A DNA stretch of 64,000 nt from Asterias rubens (Eukaryota): contig NC_047074.1 of assembly GCF_902459465.1 (NCBI RefSeq), forward strand, positions 620,001 through 684,000, read 5' to 3'. Numbering within the stretch: the first letter of the stretch is position 1; each line of letters opens with the position of its first letter. The position numbers and the translations under genes were made by a program. Below are positions 17,737-46,015 of the stretch, in pieces. Below the pieces are notes generated by a model. That model did no database searches and had not been told where the DNA came from. It saw nothing but the letters and a program-made list of their open reading frames with translations.

Positions 17737-20442
17737 ACGGACCGAGCCTTCATCTTAAAACTCAACCATAGCGACTACAGAATCCCTACACTCCGCAAAA
17801 AAAAAACTCTGTATATAAACGATGATGAATAAAAGACACTACTACATGTACGTACGTTTTGACTGCATTATCTAAAATTATTGCTGGGAGGTCACTCGCA
17901 GTTATAGGCGGGTCTATACCTCTCTCTCTCCATCCTCTTGAGGGCGCCATTTGAACTGTTTGGAGAGCTTTTGCATTAACACAGAATGACGGCTTACACC
18001 CATCATGGCCTTCGTCGACAGATAACAAAGATGGACAGCCGTCGTGTTTATTATTTTGTTTCTTTCTTTCTTTCGTTAAATGGATTGATACATTCCATTC
18101 ATCTCAAGTCCCTAGGCTTCATTGACTTGCTCAAGTCTTCCCACTCCGTGGCATAAATGCTGGTCGATAAATCTGAACTAAATCTGACGCTTCTGGACCT
18201 CATTGTAAATCACAAATGATTTTTTGTGTCCGGGAGTTATCAATTGAAAGCTGTTTAAAATCATCAAAACTGAATCATAGTCATCTACATGTTCATTGGT
18301 CATGCCAAAAGTAAACTTCACTGGGCAGCGTAGGCCAGCATTACGTTAATCTAATGATGCAAAAATATTTCCTTCTTGTGATGTCAGAATAATCAAAATG
18401 AATAATAAAATGAATATATGTAACTAACTATTGAATCCAGGTTCATTTTACTTTTCATATAATCTTTTGATTTGGACAGTTCAATTTGATTCAGGGCATA
18501 ATACAATTGTGTAATTGCTTACCGCAGTATTCTGTGCTTGCCGAACCCTGTAGTGCAGGGCCCACTTGCATATACATAGCTGTTAAGCAGAAAATGCTGC
18601 TTAGCAAATTTCCAGTTCAAGTTGCAACATTGTAAACTTAATTCATATAAGGCCTTATCGTCTGATAATGTGGTGGAATATTGGATGTGCTGAAGATTTT
18701 GAAACTTTTGTTCTCAAACATGGCTACATTTGAGATGAAAAGATTTCTAGGGATAATTGGTTGTAAAATGAATTATGTTTGTATAAAAAAGCAGTGGATA
18801 TTCTGCAATCCGGGAATCACAAGCAAAACTGTCCAAGATTATTTTATTCAATTCATGCACACAACTGGCATAAATTTCCTTGACAACAAATCAACATCTT
18901 TTTCTGTTAAGTTCTGCAGTTGGTCAGAAGAACCATACATTGATGTTGCATCTTCAAATTCTATTAAAATGTGCTAACTGTACTGTAAACATGCCAAAAA
19001 TTACCTGCTTGTTACAACCATTAATCATTTGGCTATTTTTGTTCTGAGCAACTTGTCATCCATATGTTTAAAATATCTTTGGAAGAGAAACATCTATGAG
19101 TGTTAACAATCAAGGATGTACCGTCCAATTATGGATGCACAACGCCTAGAACTTAAAATGAATAAAATGCAAATATTAATCTAAACTGGCATAACGTTTA
19201 GGAGATAGGAGATTAATGATTGGTTATCCTGAGCACTATTTGGATTTGAAAAAAACTTCTAGAAAGTGTTAATTCAAGGACAAGATTATATGACATCAGA
19301 TGCCATTTCAATTCCATAGAAATGCTAAGCAAATGTTAATGCTCAACATAGCCGGTCACCAGTCACATTACTCCACTGGTATTTGGCTGGTAACCTGTAT
19401 CTGCTGAGCACTAGTGTTGACCACTGCTTACCAGGTCTGTGAAATTGTGCACATGTTATTGCCTTCAAAATTTTGCCACAATTTTCGGTGTTTCTTTTGT
19501 TTTGAAATTTGCTTCGAAATTATTATTTTTGTTGTTGATTGGTTGACATGTTATTTGATTCTCTTAATTTATCATTTGTGACTTTTGTTGGTTATGTTAA
19601 AGTATTATTGTACGTGTAAGTCCTTTACTGTGGAATTATGTAAATTGCATTTCGCGCGTGCGTACTATAATTCTTTGTACAGCAAAAATGAGAGAACATC
19701 GCACTTTATTTGTATGGTCTGACGTAGGCATGACGCACACACGTTTGTGCGTCATCAAGTGCATAATTCTATACTTGAATTTGCCCACCAAATCTGTCTG
19801 TACGCATGTGTGATTGTAATTAGCATCCTTTTGTTAATGGGAAGGACTAATTTTTGGATTTCTTTTTTTTCAAACGAACAGTTACAATCTTTGCATTTCT
19901 GGTAAAACTTTATTATGAACTTATTTAAATGCGCCCTCTTTAATGACACATGTTGTGACAATTTGAGTGTATAAGATTTCCAGATTTGTACATAAAATTT
20001 AAATTCAAATTATGGCCTATTTTCATGGTAAAAAAGTACGACCCAAGATCCTTGGACATAATTTACTCGCAATTTATCAAGAAGGACATTACATCAATTT
20101 TTGTTTCCCACAATGTACGCGACCAAAACGAGACTAGAAGCAAACTTAGTCTGGTACCTTTGAAGTGCCATACTGTGTTATACTAAACAAAAGAAAAGTG
20201 TGGAGCCTAAACAAAGACTATGGTCGTGGAGTGATATCGCATGTACTTTAAACATTTTTGTTTTTCCCCCGATTCAAAATAAAAACCATGAATTTGCCTG
20301 AAACCTGACTGACAAAATGAGTTTATTCAAGTTGTACTTTGTATAATATTCCATAAAAATAAATAAATAATAAAATCAAAGTTCTTCTCAGTGTATCAAA
20401 AATCAGCTCAGTTTAGTCTCGTTATTTTGTCTGAAAATAAAC

Positions 20443-20720
20443 TTGGTGTCAAATTATTTGGTTTGCGGTAACACCATGCATAAATCTATACCTACTATAG
20501 GCAGACTATTCTTTAAAGAACTTGACTTGCTTTCTACTACTACGGAGTAGGTTTTCGGAACTTTGGTGTCAAATTATTTGGTTTGCGGTAACACCATGCA
20601 TAAATCTATACCTACTATAGGCAGACTATTCTTTAAAGAACTTGACTTGCTTTCTACTACTAGGGAGTAGGTTTTCGGAACTTTGGAGACTTCTCTACTA
20701 ACGTGGAGTAGATTTTCGGA
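20443..20720 (-). mobile_element. Family D pLTR-like fragment with a near-perfect 120-bp tandem duplication
   Basis: 20443-20562 and 20563-20682 are identical except c/g at 20543 versus 20663; body matches 30350-30620, 32860-33070 and 52014-52330. Confidence 0.8.
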
Positions 20721-23700
20721 ATTCGGGGAACTTTCCAGTTCTGAACACCCCAAAATATACATTGATACCTCTCGATATGCCTCAAAACCCATAAACTTGG
20801 TATCCTCATTCAAATCAATAAAAGCGGTGTCGATTGTGTTGACAGAGAGGGCGCTCTAAATACGCCGATGAAGAAATAAATCATCACTATGGACCACCTG
20901 TTTAGAATTGACCGCCACAGAGAAATTTAATCTTTGATAAAGCTTAAAGGGGTAAGGTATAGGTCTGGTAATCACTCTAAAAACTTATTGCAATACAAAC
21001 TTTTTGTTAAAAGCCTTCAGCAGCTTTCGAAAGTAAAGCATTTTGTGGAACATCACTTTGAAATAGGGCAGTTTTGTAAAAATAAAAACATCATTTTTGT
21101 GCGACCCGAAATTTAAATCTTAGTAGCGTTACTGTCGGCAACTTTCTCAGATTGTGTGTTCCTATTATTAGGGATTGTTCTTCATGCGTAGACACATTCG
21201 CTCCAGAGATTCACATAGGAATAAAACAAAACAGTTCCACCAACTAGAGTTAAACTTTGCCTTTAAACGCATAGGACACAAAAAAGACACATAATGCCAA
21301 CCTGAACTTGATTGTACACAAATTAATATGTTGGTTAAAGTTCACTCCGTAACACACATCGTGGTTGTTGGTCTGACCCTTAACCTTGCACGTTATTGGT
21401 GGATTATTTATGGAATACTTTATTCCGCCTGTTCGGCAGTCGATTTGGGTTTGGATGAGACTGAGGTCGGTCAGGTTCTGTGTGAGACGTAAGGAGTCCA
21501 CAGGTAGGTACCTCTTAAAATTTTGCTGTATTTTATGCAGGTTGGGACCTATCATCACGTGAGTGGGAGTTAACGAAACCAAATATTAAGTTAAATCGGG
21601 ACTTTTATAAACAAGTTGTTCAGTCTTTGGAGACAGATGCAAATGTAAGTGGATATTGTTATGATCTGCAGCAGTAGATCCTTGTTTATAGTCCGTTCAA
21701 CTTTGGTTTTGGGCATTATCTTGAAACAATCGATTGCTAGAAATAGTTTACTTATTGACACTACAATTGTTTTTACTCACATACATGTCATGTATGCTCA
21801 CTACTTGCTGCTATCTAGACACTGTATACAGAAACCCATCCCACTATAATGCCACCTGTATAACTGTACATGTCATGTTATTTGCCTTTGTGAGTTGATG
21901 ACTTTTGGTGGCTAATATCAGAACGCTCGAATTTCGTTAGTGTTGTCATGGTAACAGCCATAGCCGTAGCCAAGGTTAATTTATTCATAAGAGGCTATAC
22001 AATGGACCACGGTAAAACATTAGCTCTAGCTGACACTGAAACAGTGCATACAAATACGGGAGCTAGGCTGGGCTTGGCTTTTTGTTGTTTCTTTAACGAC
22101 ATAACGAAAGTCATAGTGGTCATAAAAATGTAGGTGAGAGGTTATGCTGAGCGTTCTTTGCTCCTACACTGCATACGTATGGATGTGACGTCACAGAATC
22201 AAGTTCAACACCGAACTTAGGTATGCGAGAAATGGCAGTGGGAAGTTGTGGGCTTGCGTTCCCATGACTTCCTCCCTGTGGAGTAAGGCAAGAGGTCACG
22301 AACTAAAGTCACAACGGTCGGTCGAATCCTAGTCCCGCAGCCTACCTTTTGGCCTCGGTTGGGGCGGGGCTGGTATAATGGGTGGGATGCGCGCTCATAC
22401 AAATGCCAAAAATGAATGGCACTTTATATTTCATTGGTCCCTGAAGAACTTTCCTGCCTCATTCACACCAATTCATAGGCTTAACGAAAACGAGGCTGAG
22501 ATGACAACATTGCAAAAGAGGAGCATTTTCATACATAAAGGATCCAAGACATTCTTTTCACACCAGAAACCAGAAACACATAATCTCAGGTACAGGTTGT
22601 TACATCCATAGCTCATTTTCATAACAACACTTGTATAACGCAACATCCACCTAGAAGTAGAACAATAATAGGCGTTCAAGAAGGGACAATAAAGAACAAT
22701 TAATTGGGAAGTTTCAAAGGAGTTTTGAATCTAAACACGGGAATAAACCATTATTTACTGAACAGATACAGTTGTATCTTTAATCTAAAGTTATGATCCC
22801 TGCATATTTATAAATTTTAGCTCCTATTTTAGTCACCATGAGCTTGGACATGGGTGGTACAATAAGGACCACCTTTGCCCCACCGCTTTGCACCTCCCTC
22901 GACCCCCCCCCCCCCCCACCACCGGTGCACGGTCCAAACCTTTGACTTGATTATTACTAAATGGCCTCAATCAATAAACAGGAATTCTTAGTTCATAGTG
23001 CACTGGGGTGAAGTTGTTAACATGTCATTATAAACGGTGTATCCATCGTGATATTGATAGTATACCTGATCAGACTTCCTCTGGCGGTTGGGTGTGAACA
23101 GACGTGAATTAGGAATCGGTAAGATATTATATATTATATTCTTACAATTATTTTCTTGAATTTTACTCACGAAGTTCATCGACTGCATGCTATTATTGAA
23201 AGGTAAATTTAAGCCACCTTCAAAAGCCCGCGCCTTCCCGGCTCTTGTGGTAATTCTATTTTTTTACGAAACCAAAGTGTTTTACTATGAAGTATTTAAA
23301 GGTAAACTTTCTTAATTTCAAATTGTTGTAACATTATAAGCTATGAAAACTGACATAGATTTTCAGCGCAGAAAAAACATCTTCCCTGACAGAATCGTGA
23401 CAATATAAGTACCATGTAACTTCACAACGTTCTGACTGTCCCGGGTAAAAAAATATAAACTGCGCTTGTTATGAATAGAAGCTTTGCGAAGATATTTCAA
23501 TTGGACGTTTTCATGAGTGAGGTCTGCAAGCAAATTGTAATGTTCTTTTCTATCTCTGATTACAGAAACAAAACCACCTTACACGAAGCAACGATTTAGC
23601 AGTGACTGCTCCATCTATAGCATGTAACCTTAAAAGTTAAGCGGCCATTTTGGATCTACACCAAACGAGACTTGGTGGTCATTGACAAACCGTTAAGGTA

Positions 23701-26497
23701 AGTCCAGGCTCAGCAACGACACATGATTGGTTGAATTCGGAAAAAGTATTGACAATATTTTAATTTTGTGAAGAAAACTGTTTACAAACTACCGGCTAAT
23801 ACCAACAGCGTGATAATTATTTCGTATAACTATAAACAGTGGTGTATTAGCTATTTTCCCCCACTGGGGGCATGGGAGCTTGTTTTTCCTTTTGCAGTAG
23901 GCCCCTTATGTATCGCGAATTTTTCGTGGGGGCACCTTGGGGTGCACTTGAAAATATTGTTCCCCTGCGTATACGATTACTCATCGTGTGTTTAGAAACA
24001 TGTTCAACACAATATTTGGCAAGAGCTCACATTGGCAAGCAATTCGGAGACACTAATGAGATACTATTATTTATTTGAAAAAAGGAGAGTTTGTTTGCTG
24101 GCAATTAATGCAGTCGGTCGCAGGAGAACAGAAGTTCCCTCTAACAAAAACTTCCCAGTGTGCGAGGAAATAATTATAATAACATAGACTTTGCTTTTTA
24201 AAGGTTTCCATTGAATGTCAATGCTTACTGCTTCTATCAAAATGGAACAATTTTGTCTAAATTTTTACTGCAATTTTAGAATGTTTAATGTATAGTATAT
24301 AAATGTGTATTTTTTATGAGCTAGGTCTGGGAGAGCACATCTTTTTTGATGACAGTTTTTGGACTTTTGCCCTTCCCTGGACGGCCTGTGCTTGTTTTAT
24401 TGTTTTGCTTTTTTTTGTCCGAAGAATTAAAATAAATAAAATAAAATAAAATAAATAAATAACAATGACGCTATACCAATCAAAACAGGCAAACTGTACT
24501 TGTAAAACTATAAATTTACAATATTATTCATTGGCCTTTAAAATGTACCTTTTTAAATAACAAGTTCTAAAACTTGGTAGATCGAGTCCATTTTATCTGA
24601 TGGTGTTTTTAGGCTTGTTGGTTGTGGTTTTCAGAAGGGGTGTGCCGCGCGAACTTTGTAATGGGTCCATAGGTGACGTCTCGCGCCCACAAAAGAATCA
24701 CCTGTTTCTAAACTTATTTCTGGTGATACAGTATCGCTTTGTTTGGATTATTATTAAACATTAATGGAAATATCTGATTCAGGCTAAATCGTTTCATATT
24801 GGTCTGTTTATGAAGGTTCATAGTGGATAATGGTTTCAAACATTGGGTCTGTATAGACCTACTGTAGTCACTGATCATATCAAAGTCTAATTATACAGGC
24901 AGATGATAATGTACTATTAATTATTTTTTGTAACTGCTATTGAAATTACTTGCGCTGTAGTAACAAAATAGGCCCAATGGTTGCGTTTGAATTTTTAAGT
25001 CACACTCAGACAAGTTTGGTTCTTACAAAATCCTTATTTTTATACCCACTTTGAGAATCAAGAAATGACACGCTTTGTTGTTGGTAATAGCCCCAATTTT
25101 TTATGTCATCGCCCCAACTTGTTTCCCATAAAAAATCCCACACAAAAAACAAACAGCTAGGTTAATCACAAAAAGTTATTTTTATAGAAGGTTGTTTAAT
25201 TCTGATTCTAGAATCAGTCGATCAGAGGTTAAGGTCAGGGTAGGCCTCGGGGGCCGAATCAGTTAACGGCATTTGGACTGGCTATGGCACCCGGGTCTTT
25301 ATTTATTTTTACCGGTCCGTCGGAAAGCACAACGCCGGTGCACATTGGTCCAAGTTTTTTTTGTTATCCACCGGCAAAGGCATCCCATTTTTAAAACAAG
25401 CCAGTGTTTCAATTTTGTTTGTTTTTGTATAAACATAAACTAGAAGCTATTATGATCCCGTGCCTGAGGATAAACAACTTAAAGAATCGGGAACCATTAA
25501 TATTATTGCTTTGAGCTAGGGAACTCTTTTTAAAACACTTAAATCCTACTATCCATTCTATCCATGTCACCCCCTCCCTCTGATAATGCGTTTGTGTGCC
25601 TGCATGGGAATAGTTGTATGGAAAAATATTAAAATATATCAGGGCCATCATGATTTCTGCAAATCAAATATTTAAATACCATATTTTGCTGACAAGCATA
25701 GGCCTGCTTTGCGAATGTTTTAAATATTAGAATTAGCAGAATTTTATTAGAATTTGTGTTCATCAAAATGGGGGCTGATCTGGCTGGTGTGCGGTGCAGT
25801 CGCCAAATGGAGCGCACAGCCTGCAAGTACTGCAATCAGCCGTGGAAAACTTGTTTCTTCTGATGACGCCCCCAAGAGTCCAATAATTACATGGTAAACA
25901 AAACGCGCGCTATGGACTGATCATCAATGGTCAAAAGTATGTGCTGCATTTTGTTGAGCAAAGTTGAAGTTTCACTCCCAAAAATGTGGATCCAGAAATT
26001 ATTTATGGTTTGTGGTTTCGGTGGCCACCTTATGAGGATGGTGAGTCAGTTAAACAGGATTTGGAATACATGTCATATTTTGTTACAAATCACTGCAAAT
26101 GGTTTTGGTACGAGATGAGATTGAGAAGGAAAGGAGAATTCCGGACCCCTCTTACTCTTACTTAGTCTTAGGTTAGGTTGGGGGGGGGGGGTGTGTGGGG
26201 GTTCTTTTGAGATGAGAGGGTTGTTTTCACCAAGGACAGGGTTATCTATATTTTTCTCTGAACCTGCTAAGCTGACTTTAAAACATAGCAGAGTCGGTGA
26301 AAATTTACTCATTTTTGTTGACCCGTTCACTACCTTTTATTTTTTATTAAACCTAAAACTAACTAAGTACTATGTTATTAACTGGTCCCGGACATTATTA
26401 TTAATATTGATCAAGGATTCAAATTAACTTGTCTATCCCATCATTCTCTCTATGCAGTTCACATCTCCAACCCGGGGCATAGGGTAAAGCTGCAACC

Positions 26498-40911
<14,414 letters not shown>

Positions 40912-41051
40912 TTAATATTCATCATATGCAAACTTGAAATATGCAAATTGAATTCATATACATATTCATTAAGTAGTGGTTTGAAGGCTTAGAATTGTTA
41001 GAATGCAACTATAAAACATGGTAATTTTTTAAATGTTAGTGTGATATATTC

Positions 41052-41600
41052 TAGTTTATAACACCCCTTGCAAGTATTCTGCCTGCTCATTGGTTTAGAG
41101 CGCGTCACATGACATGTCTAAGTTTTGCTAGACGATGGCCGTGTGATAGTGCGTCGGTTTGCCATGCGCTAGTCCGAAGACTAGCACACGGCGCCGTGCG
41201 CTAGTCCGACAGACTAGCACACGGCGTGCAGTACCCAGACGTCCGTTGCGTGTACGAGGATGATAAATTAATAGTCTGTAACCATTTCGGATTGCACGAC
41301 ACTACATGCAACACAGTAAGTAAAAGTGTTTGCAATCTGTATTCGCGTCGTCCGTGGATTGTAGCATTCAGGTCTGTAACTTAATAATAATAGTACAGTA
41401 TTTAGAAATGTTTGGGTGTTATAAAACAAATATTGACTGCTTTTACTCGTGCAATAGTTAAAAACTATGACTCCCTTGGTGATCCCCGGAGCGTTCTATT
41501 TTCCCGAGGCTTCGCCTCGGGAAAATAGAACGCTCCGGGGATCACATCGGGAGTCATAGTTTTAACCATAGCACTCGAAGCAGTCAATATTTGTATATAA
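41052..41600. mobile_element. Non-autonomous hairpin element (possibly Crypton-like) in the probable ABCC5 3' UTR
   Basis: Inverted tttataacaccc/gggtgttataaa (41055-41066 / 41414-41425), two internal gctagtc-cgaa-gactagc mini-hairpins, and a near-perfect palindrome of about 180 bp (41419-41600) centred on cccgaggcttcgcctcggg. The superfamily is an inference. Confidence 0.6.
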
Positions 41601-43612
41601 CCCTACTATATACAGTGTGGACACTGTGTACTTATACACTTGTTGAATCATTTCAATCGACAACTTGTTTTTTATCAGTTGACTAGAACAGACAGGAGGA
41701 AACTTTTTACAGTGTATTGTTTACAAGTGTCTCAAGTTATTTATAATTTTCACCTATCAAAATCAATTTCAGACAATTTTGAATATAATCACAACAGTTT
41801 TTCATAAAAAGCAAATGGGTTTGAAACCTCTGGAACCCCCAACAAATTACTAGGTGTTTGTGCTTTAGTCGAACACCTCTTGCTATGGTTTAGTTTTCTT
41901 AGTGTCATAGGACTGATTTTGTTTTTAGAAAGAGTAGGTTTTTACAATGCCAATAGTATACATATTTTAATTTTAATTTTTCCATAAAATGCTCTATTGG
42001 CATGATTGATAAACATTATTTACTGTTTAATCCATCAGTATCTGAAATAAAACTGGTAAATCTTTAGATTGATTTATTTACTTCACTATTATTCTACCTA
42101 AAATGCTATATTCTTATGTAAGACTGTTTGATCCTCCATGGTTTGATGTAGGTTTCTTAGTTTTGTATACTTATTAAGGTTTAAGCCGTTTGTACTTAAT
42201 GTTCTTCAAAGTAATTTCCATTGTAATTGTAGTTAAATAATGGCAGTTAAAAACGTGTCGAAAGAAGCAAGGGGATAGATTTGACATCTATAATGTGGAT
42301 GAACAAATTACCCGATTTGAACTATCATCTTTTCCTCAATGCTGTTTGGTATAAAAACGAATACACTCAAACCTCAACAATAGTTTTGTGTCCAGGCTTT
42401 TGACATCTCTTCTATGGTTTTGTTTTCTTGTCATAGTACTAAGAAATATTGGAAAATCTAGGTTTTTACGAATGTATAAGTAAATGTAATCAATTTTCAC
42501 ATATCTAATGCACAATTTGTCTCGTCAGTTTTAATAAAATAATGGACGATCGATGTTTTGTTCAATACATTGCTTAGGTTTTAAATAATTTCGTCAGATA
42601 AACCAATAAATAAAGTTTGAATGATTATGTTGGTCGACACTATTTTGTGTATTTTTGTCAGTATTTTTTGTATTTCCAATTCATGGGAAGCCATTCAAAC
42701 GAGTCTATACAATATTACTTTAAATTATTTTAACTAATAGGCCCCCCTACATAAGTTATAATTTCCCATGCCTCCAATCAAAACCAAGTTACGAAAAGTC
42801 GTTTGGTATAATTAGTATTTTACAATTTAAGTTATAAGGGACCATACAACATTTTGCAATGATTCCTTGGAGCAAGATCCATTGATAATTGAAGGGGCTA
42901 TGTTATGATCAAAGGAGAGTTGGTGGCTGTACATGGAAATTCGACCTTTCACCCAGTTAACAGCACACACGGGCGCTCTCCACAGAAACGATACGGGGCC
43001 GTGTGCAGAGACCACTGCTCTTGTCATGACGTCATAACCATTTAAATATTACAGTTTTATGATTCGTATGTTCTTTACACAACACCATTACGTGTACGTG
43101 CCGTGTGTATTAACGTAGTAAGGAGAGTGGGATGGTTCGTAGATTAAACCTCAACTTGTTTGTGTGATTACGCCCCGTAATTTCAAGCTAGCTTGCCGCT
43201 TGCCCCCCCCCCCAGATAAACAGGTTTGGTGCCACTGCTGTATATGCGAGATATTGTTGCTAGGAAGTTGCCTACAGAAAAAACTGCCACCAACGGGCTA
43301 CACAGCTAAATTTTAATCAGTTCTAATCAAGACATTTATGGCGGTTTAAACCAAAGAAAAGATTATGCAATGGTTAAGAACACAAACAATAACAAAGCAG
43401 CTAAGCTGATGTCGAATAATACTGTAACTTGGTAGCAATCATTTTAGTAGTTTATGATAGTCATTTGCATTTCTATCATGATGTTCAGTGATGCCTCACC
43501 CATATAATAAAACAGGGATTACATTTTCAGAAGCATTCATAATAAAAGTTTGATATTGGCGAGACGTAGTTGAGGTACCGAGCTGAGGTACCGAGTACGG
43601 GGTTGTATCACC

Positions 43613-46015
43613 ATGGGGCTCTCCGCAGCGCTAGCCCGTACAGCTCTCGTTACGATACTGGTCTGTGTCTGTTTGAGGCCCGGTGTTATAGCACGGCCTC
43701 TGTCTAACTCTTTTTCAGTATCGGCGAGTGAATCCGCTGAGCAACATCAAAGAGCCGACTTTGACTTTGTGGTGAGTAAACCGTTCCTTTCACTGAGGGG
43801 TTTTCAAGAGAGAAGGGAGGAAGTTTCGTACCCAAATATTCCTATCATTGGACAGGGGTGGGGGCGTGCGTATCATGCCCCCCCCCCTCACAAACCTTTG
43901 TCTTAAATCGGAAGTTACAATTGTTTGACACAATGGTGCGATTTCCGTGCGTCTCAGTTTCCAAACCCTCAGTTTCCAAACCCTCAATCTCCAAACCAGA
44001 GTGAATATCCCACACTCTCCATCGATATTATTCTTTAATGTTTTTGGTTTGAACTTCGAATATGAACCACGTAACTTCAATCTCGTCCGAGAAGAAGTAG
44101 GCCTAAGTGAGTTGATTCTGATTTGGAAGAAAAAAATTACCCTTTGGAGGAAAGGAAGTTTCTAAAAGTGCACTACGCTAGTCTTCCTTTGGTTTTGTTT
44201 ATTTTCCAACAATATTAAACAAGCACAGGCTGTCCAGGGAAGGGCAAAAGTAAAAAAAAAAAAAAACTGTCATAAAAAAAGATGTGCACTCCCAGACCTA
44301 GCTCATAAAAATACCCATAGCATAAGACCTAATAATAAAGGTGATGGTACAATTAGGAGAGTCGGTGCTTATGTAATAGTTTTTGTAAAAGTGATTTATA
44401 AATGATGCAGTACATGAAATTTACCAACACATTATTTTTTTTGCAGAAACAACTTCTCCACGAGCGCCATGCAGCCAACCAAGAGAACACCATCAAAGAT
44501 AGAGTTTTCACAAATGTTGACGACGGAGCCTACGTCACAGAAGCAGACTACGGCCATCCAGAGAAGCGTGAATGGGTAACATGGCCATTGGGTGACCATA
44601 GTCAGCAAGACTCGAATGAGAACCATGATCATGACCATGATGGTCATCAATGCCATTGCATGCATACCAAGCCATCTACTGAGAAACCGACGCCTACTAA
44701 AGGGCTTCCATGGGGTCCGGATCCAACACATCCAAGACCACAAACTACGAAACCACTACCATGGGGACCTGACCCAACTGTTCCCAGAGCAAAGACTACG
44801 AAACCGTTTCCATGGGGCCCGGATCCAACACCTTCGAGACCAGCGACTTCAAAGAAGACAACTACCATGGAACCGGAACCCACCACTACCAAACGTCTTA
44901 CAACAACCCGTAGAACAACAACTACCCCGGAACCCACCACTACCAAGCGTCTTACAACAACACGTAGAACAACAACCCCGGAACCCACCACGACCAAGCG
45001 TCTTACAACAACACGTAGAACAACAACCCCGGAACCTACCAAGCGTCTTACAACAACTCGTAAAACAACCCCAGAACCGGAACCCACCACTACCAAACGT
45101 CTTACAACAACCCGTAGAACAACAACCCCGGAACCCACCACGACCAAGCGACTAACAACAACCCGTAGAACAACAACAACCCCGGAACCCACCACGACCA
45201 AGCAACTAACAACAACTCGTAGAACAACAACTGCCCCGGAACCTACAACTACCAAGCGCCTTACAACAACAACATTGGCACCGAGACCCACCACTGCTTT
45301 AATTCCGACAACTCGGCGTCCCTGGATACCTTGGCACCCGGAACCAAGTGATAGTTCCGAGAGCGGATCATGTGAAGATTCAGACAGTAAGATGAGTAAA
45401 GGCAAAGGTAGCCATAGCCATAAGCACAGCCATAACCATAGCGCTAGCCACAACCATAGTCACAACCACTGTAAGGGAAGCAAAAGTAAAGGAGGCAAAA
45501 GCAGTAAAGGAAGTAAAAGTAAAGGAAAGGGAAGTAAGAGTAAAGGAAGCAAGAGCAAGGCTTCGGGAAGCATGAGTAAAGGAAAGGGAAGTAAGAGTAA
45601 AGGAAAAGGAAGTAAAAGTAAAGGAAGTAAGAGCAAGGCTTCGGGAAGCATGAGTAAAGGAAAGGGAAGTAAAAGTAAAGGAAAGGGAAGTAAAAGTAAA
45701 GGAAGTAAGAGCAAGGCTTCGGGAAGCATGAGCAAAGGAAAGGGAAGTAAAAGTAAAGGAAAGGGAAGTAAAAGTAAAGGAAGTAAGAGCAAGGCTTCGG
45801 GAAGCATGAGCAAAGGAAAGGGAAGTAAGAGTAAAGGAAAAGGAAGTAAAAGTAAGGGAAAGGGAAGTAAAAGTAAAGGAAAAGGAAGTAAGAGTAAAGG
45901 AAAAGGAAGTAAGAGTAAAGGAAAAGGAAAAAAGAGCAAAGGAGGGAAAGGCAAACGTGATGTTCGTGATTTAATTTTCCCGCCTGTTTGGCGTCCAGTT
46001 GCCCTACCAGAGTGA
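43613..46015 (+). CDS. Unrecognised secreted low-complexity precursor A (575 aa): signal, pro, KR, His/Cys segment, PWGPDPT x3, Thr-rich repeats, His-rich segment, KGKGSKS polycation, KR, C-peptide
   Basis: Exon 1 43613-43771 (159 nt, GTG|gtgagt), exon 2 44447-46015 (ttttttttgcag|AAA), phase 0, single open frame of 1728 nt; hydrophobic leader MGLSAALARTALVTILVCVCLRPGVIA; AATAAA at about 46230. Confidence 0.88.

Noticed and set aside
20443-20686. CRISPR-like reading of the direct repeats (also 14830-14900 and 16105-16411)
   Set aside because: No unique spacers, wrong unit sizes, eukaryotic context, no cas genes.
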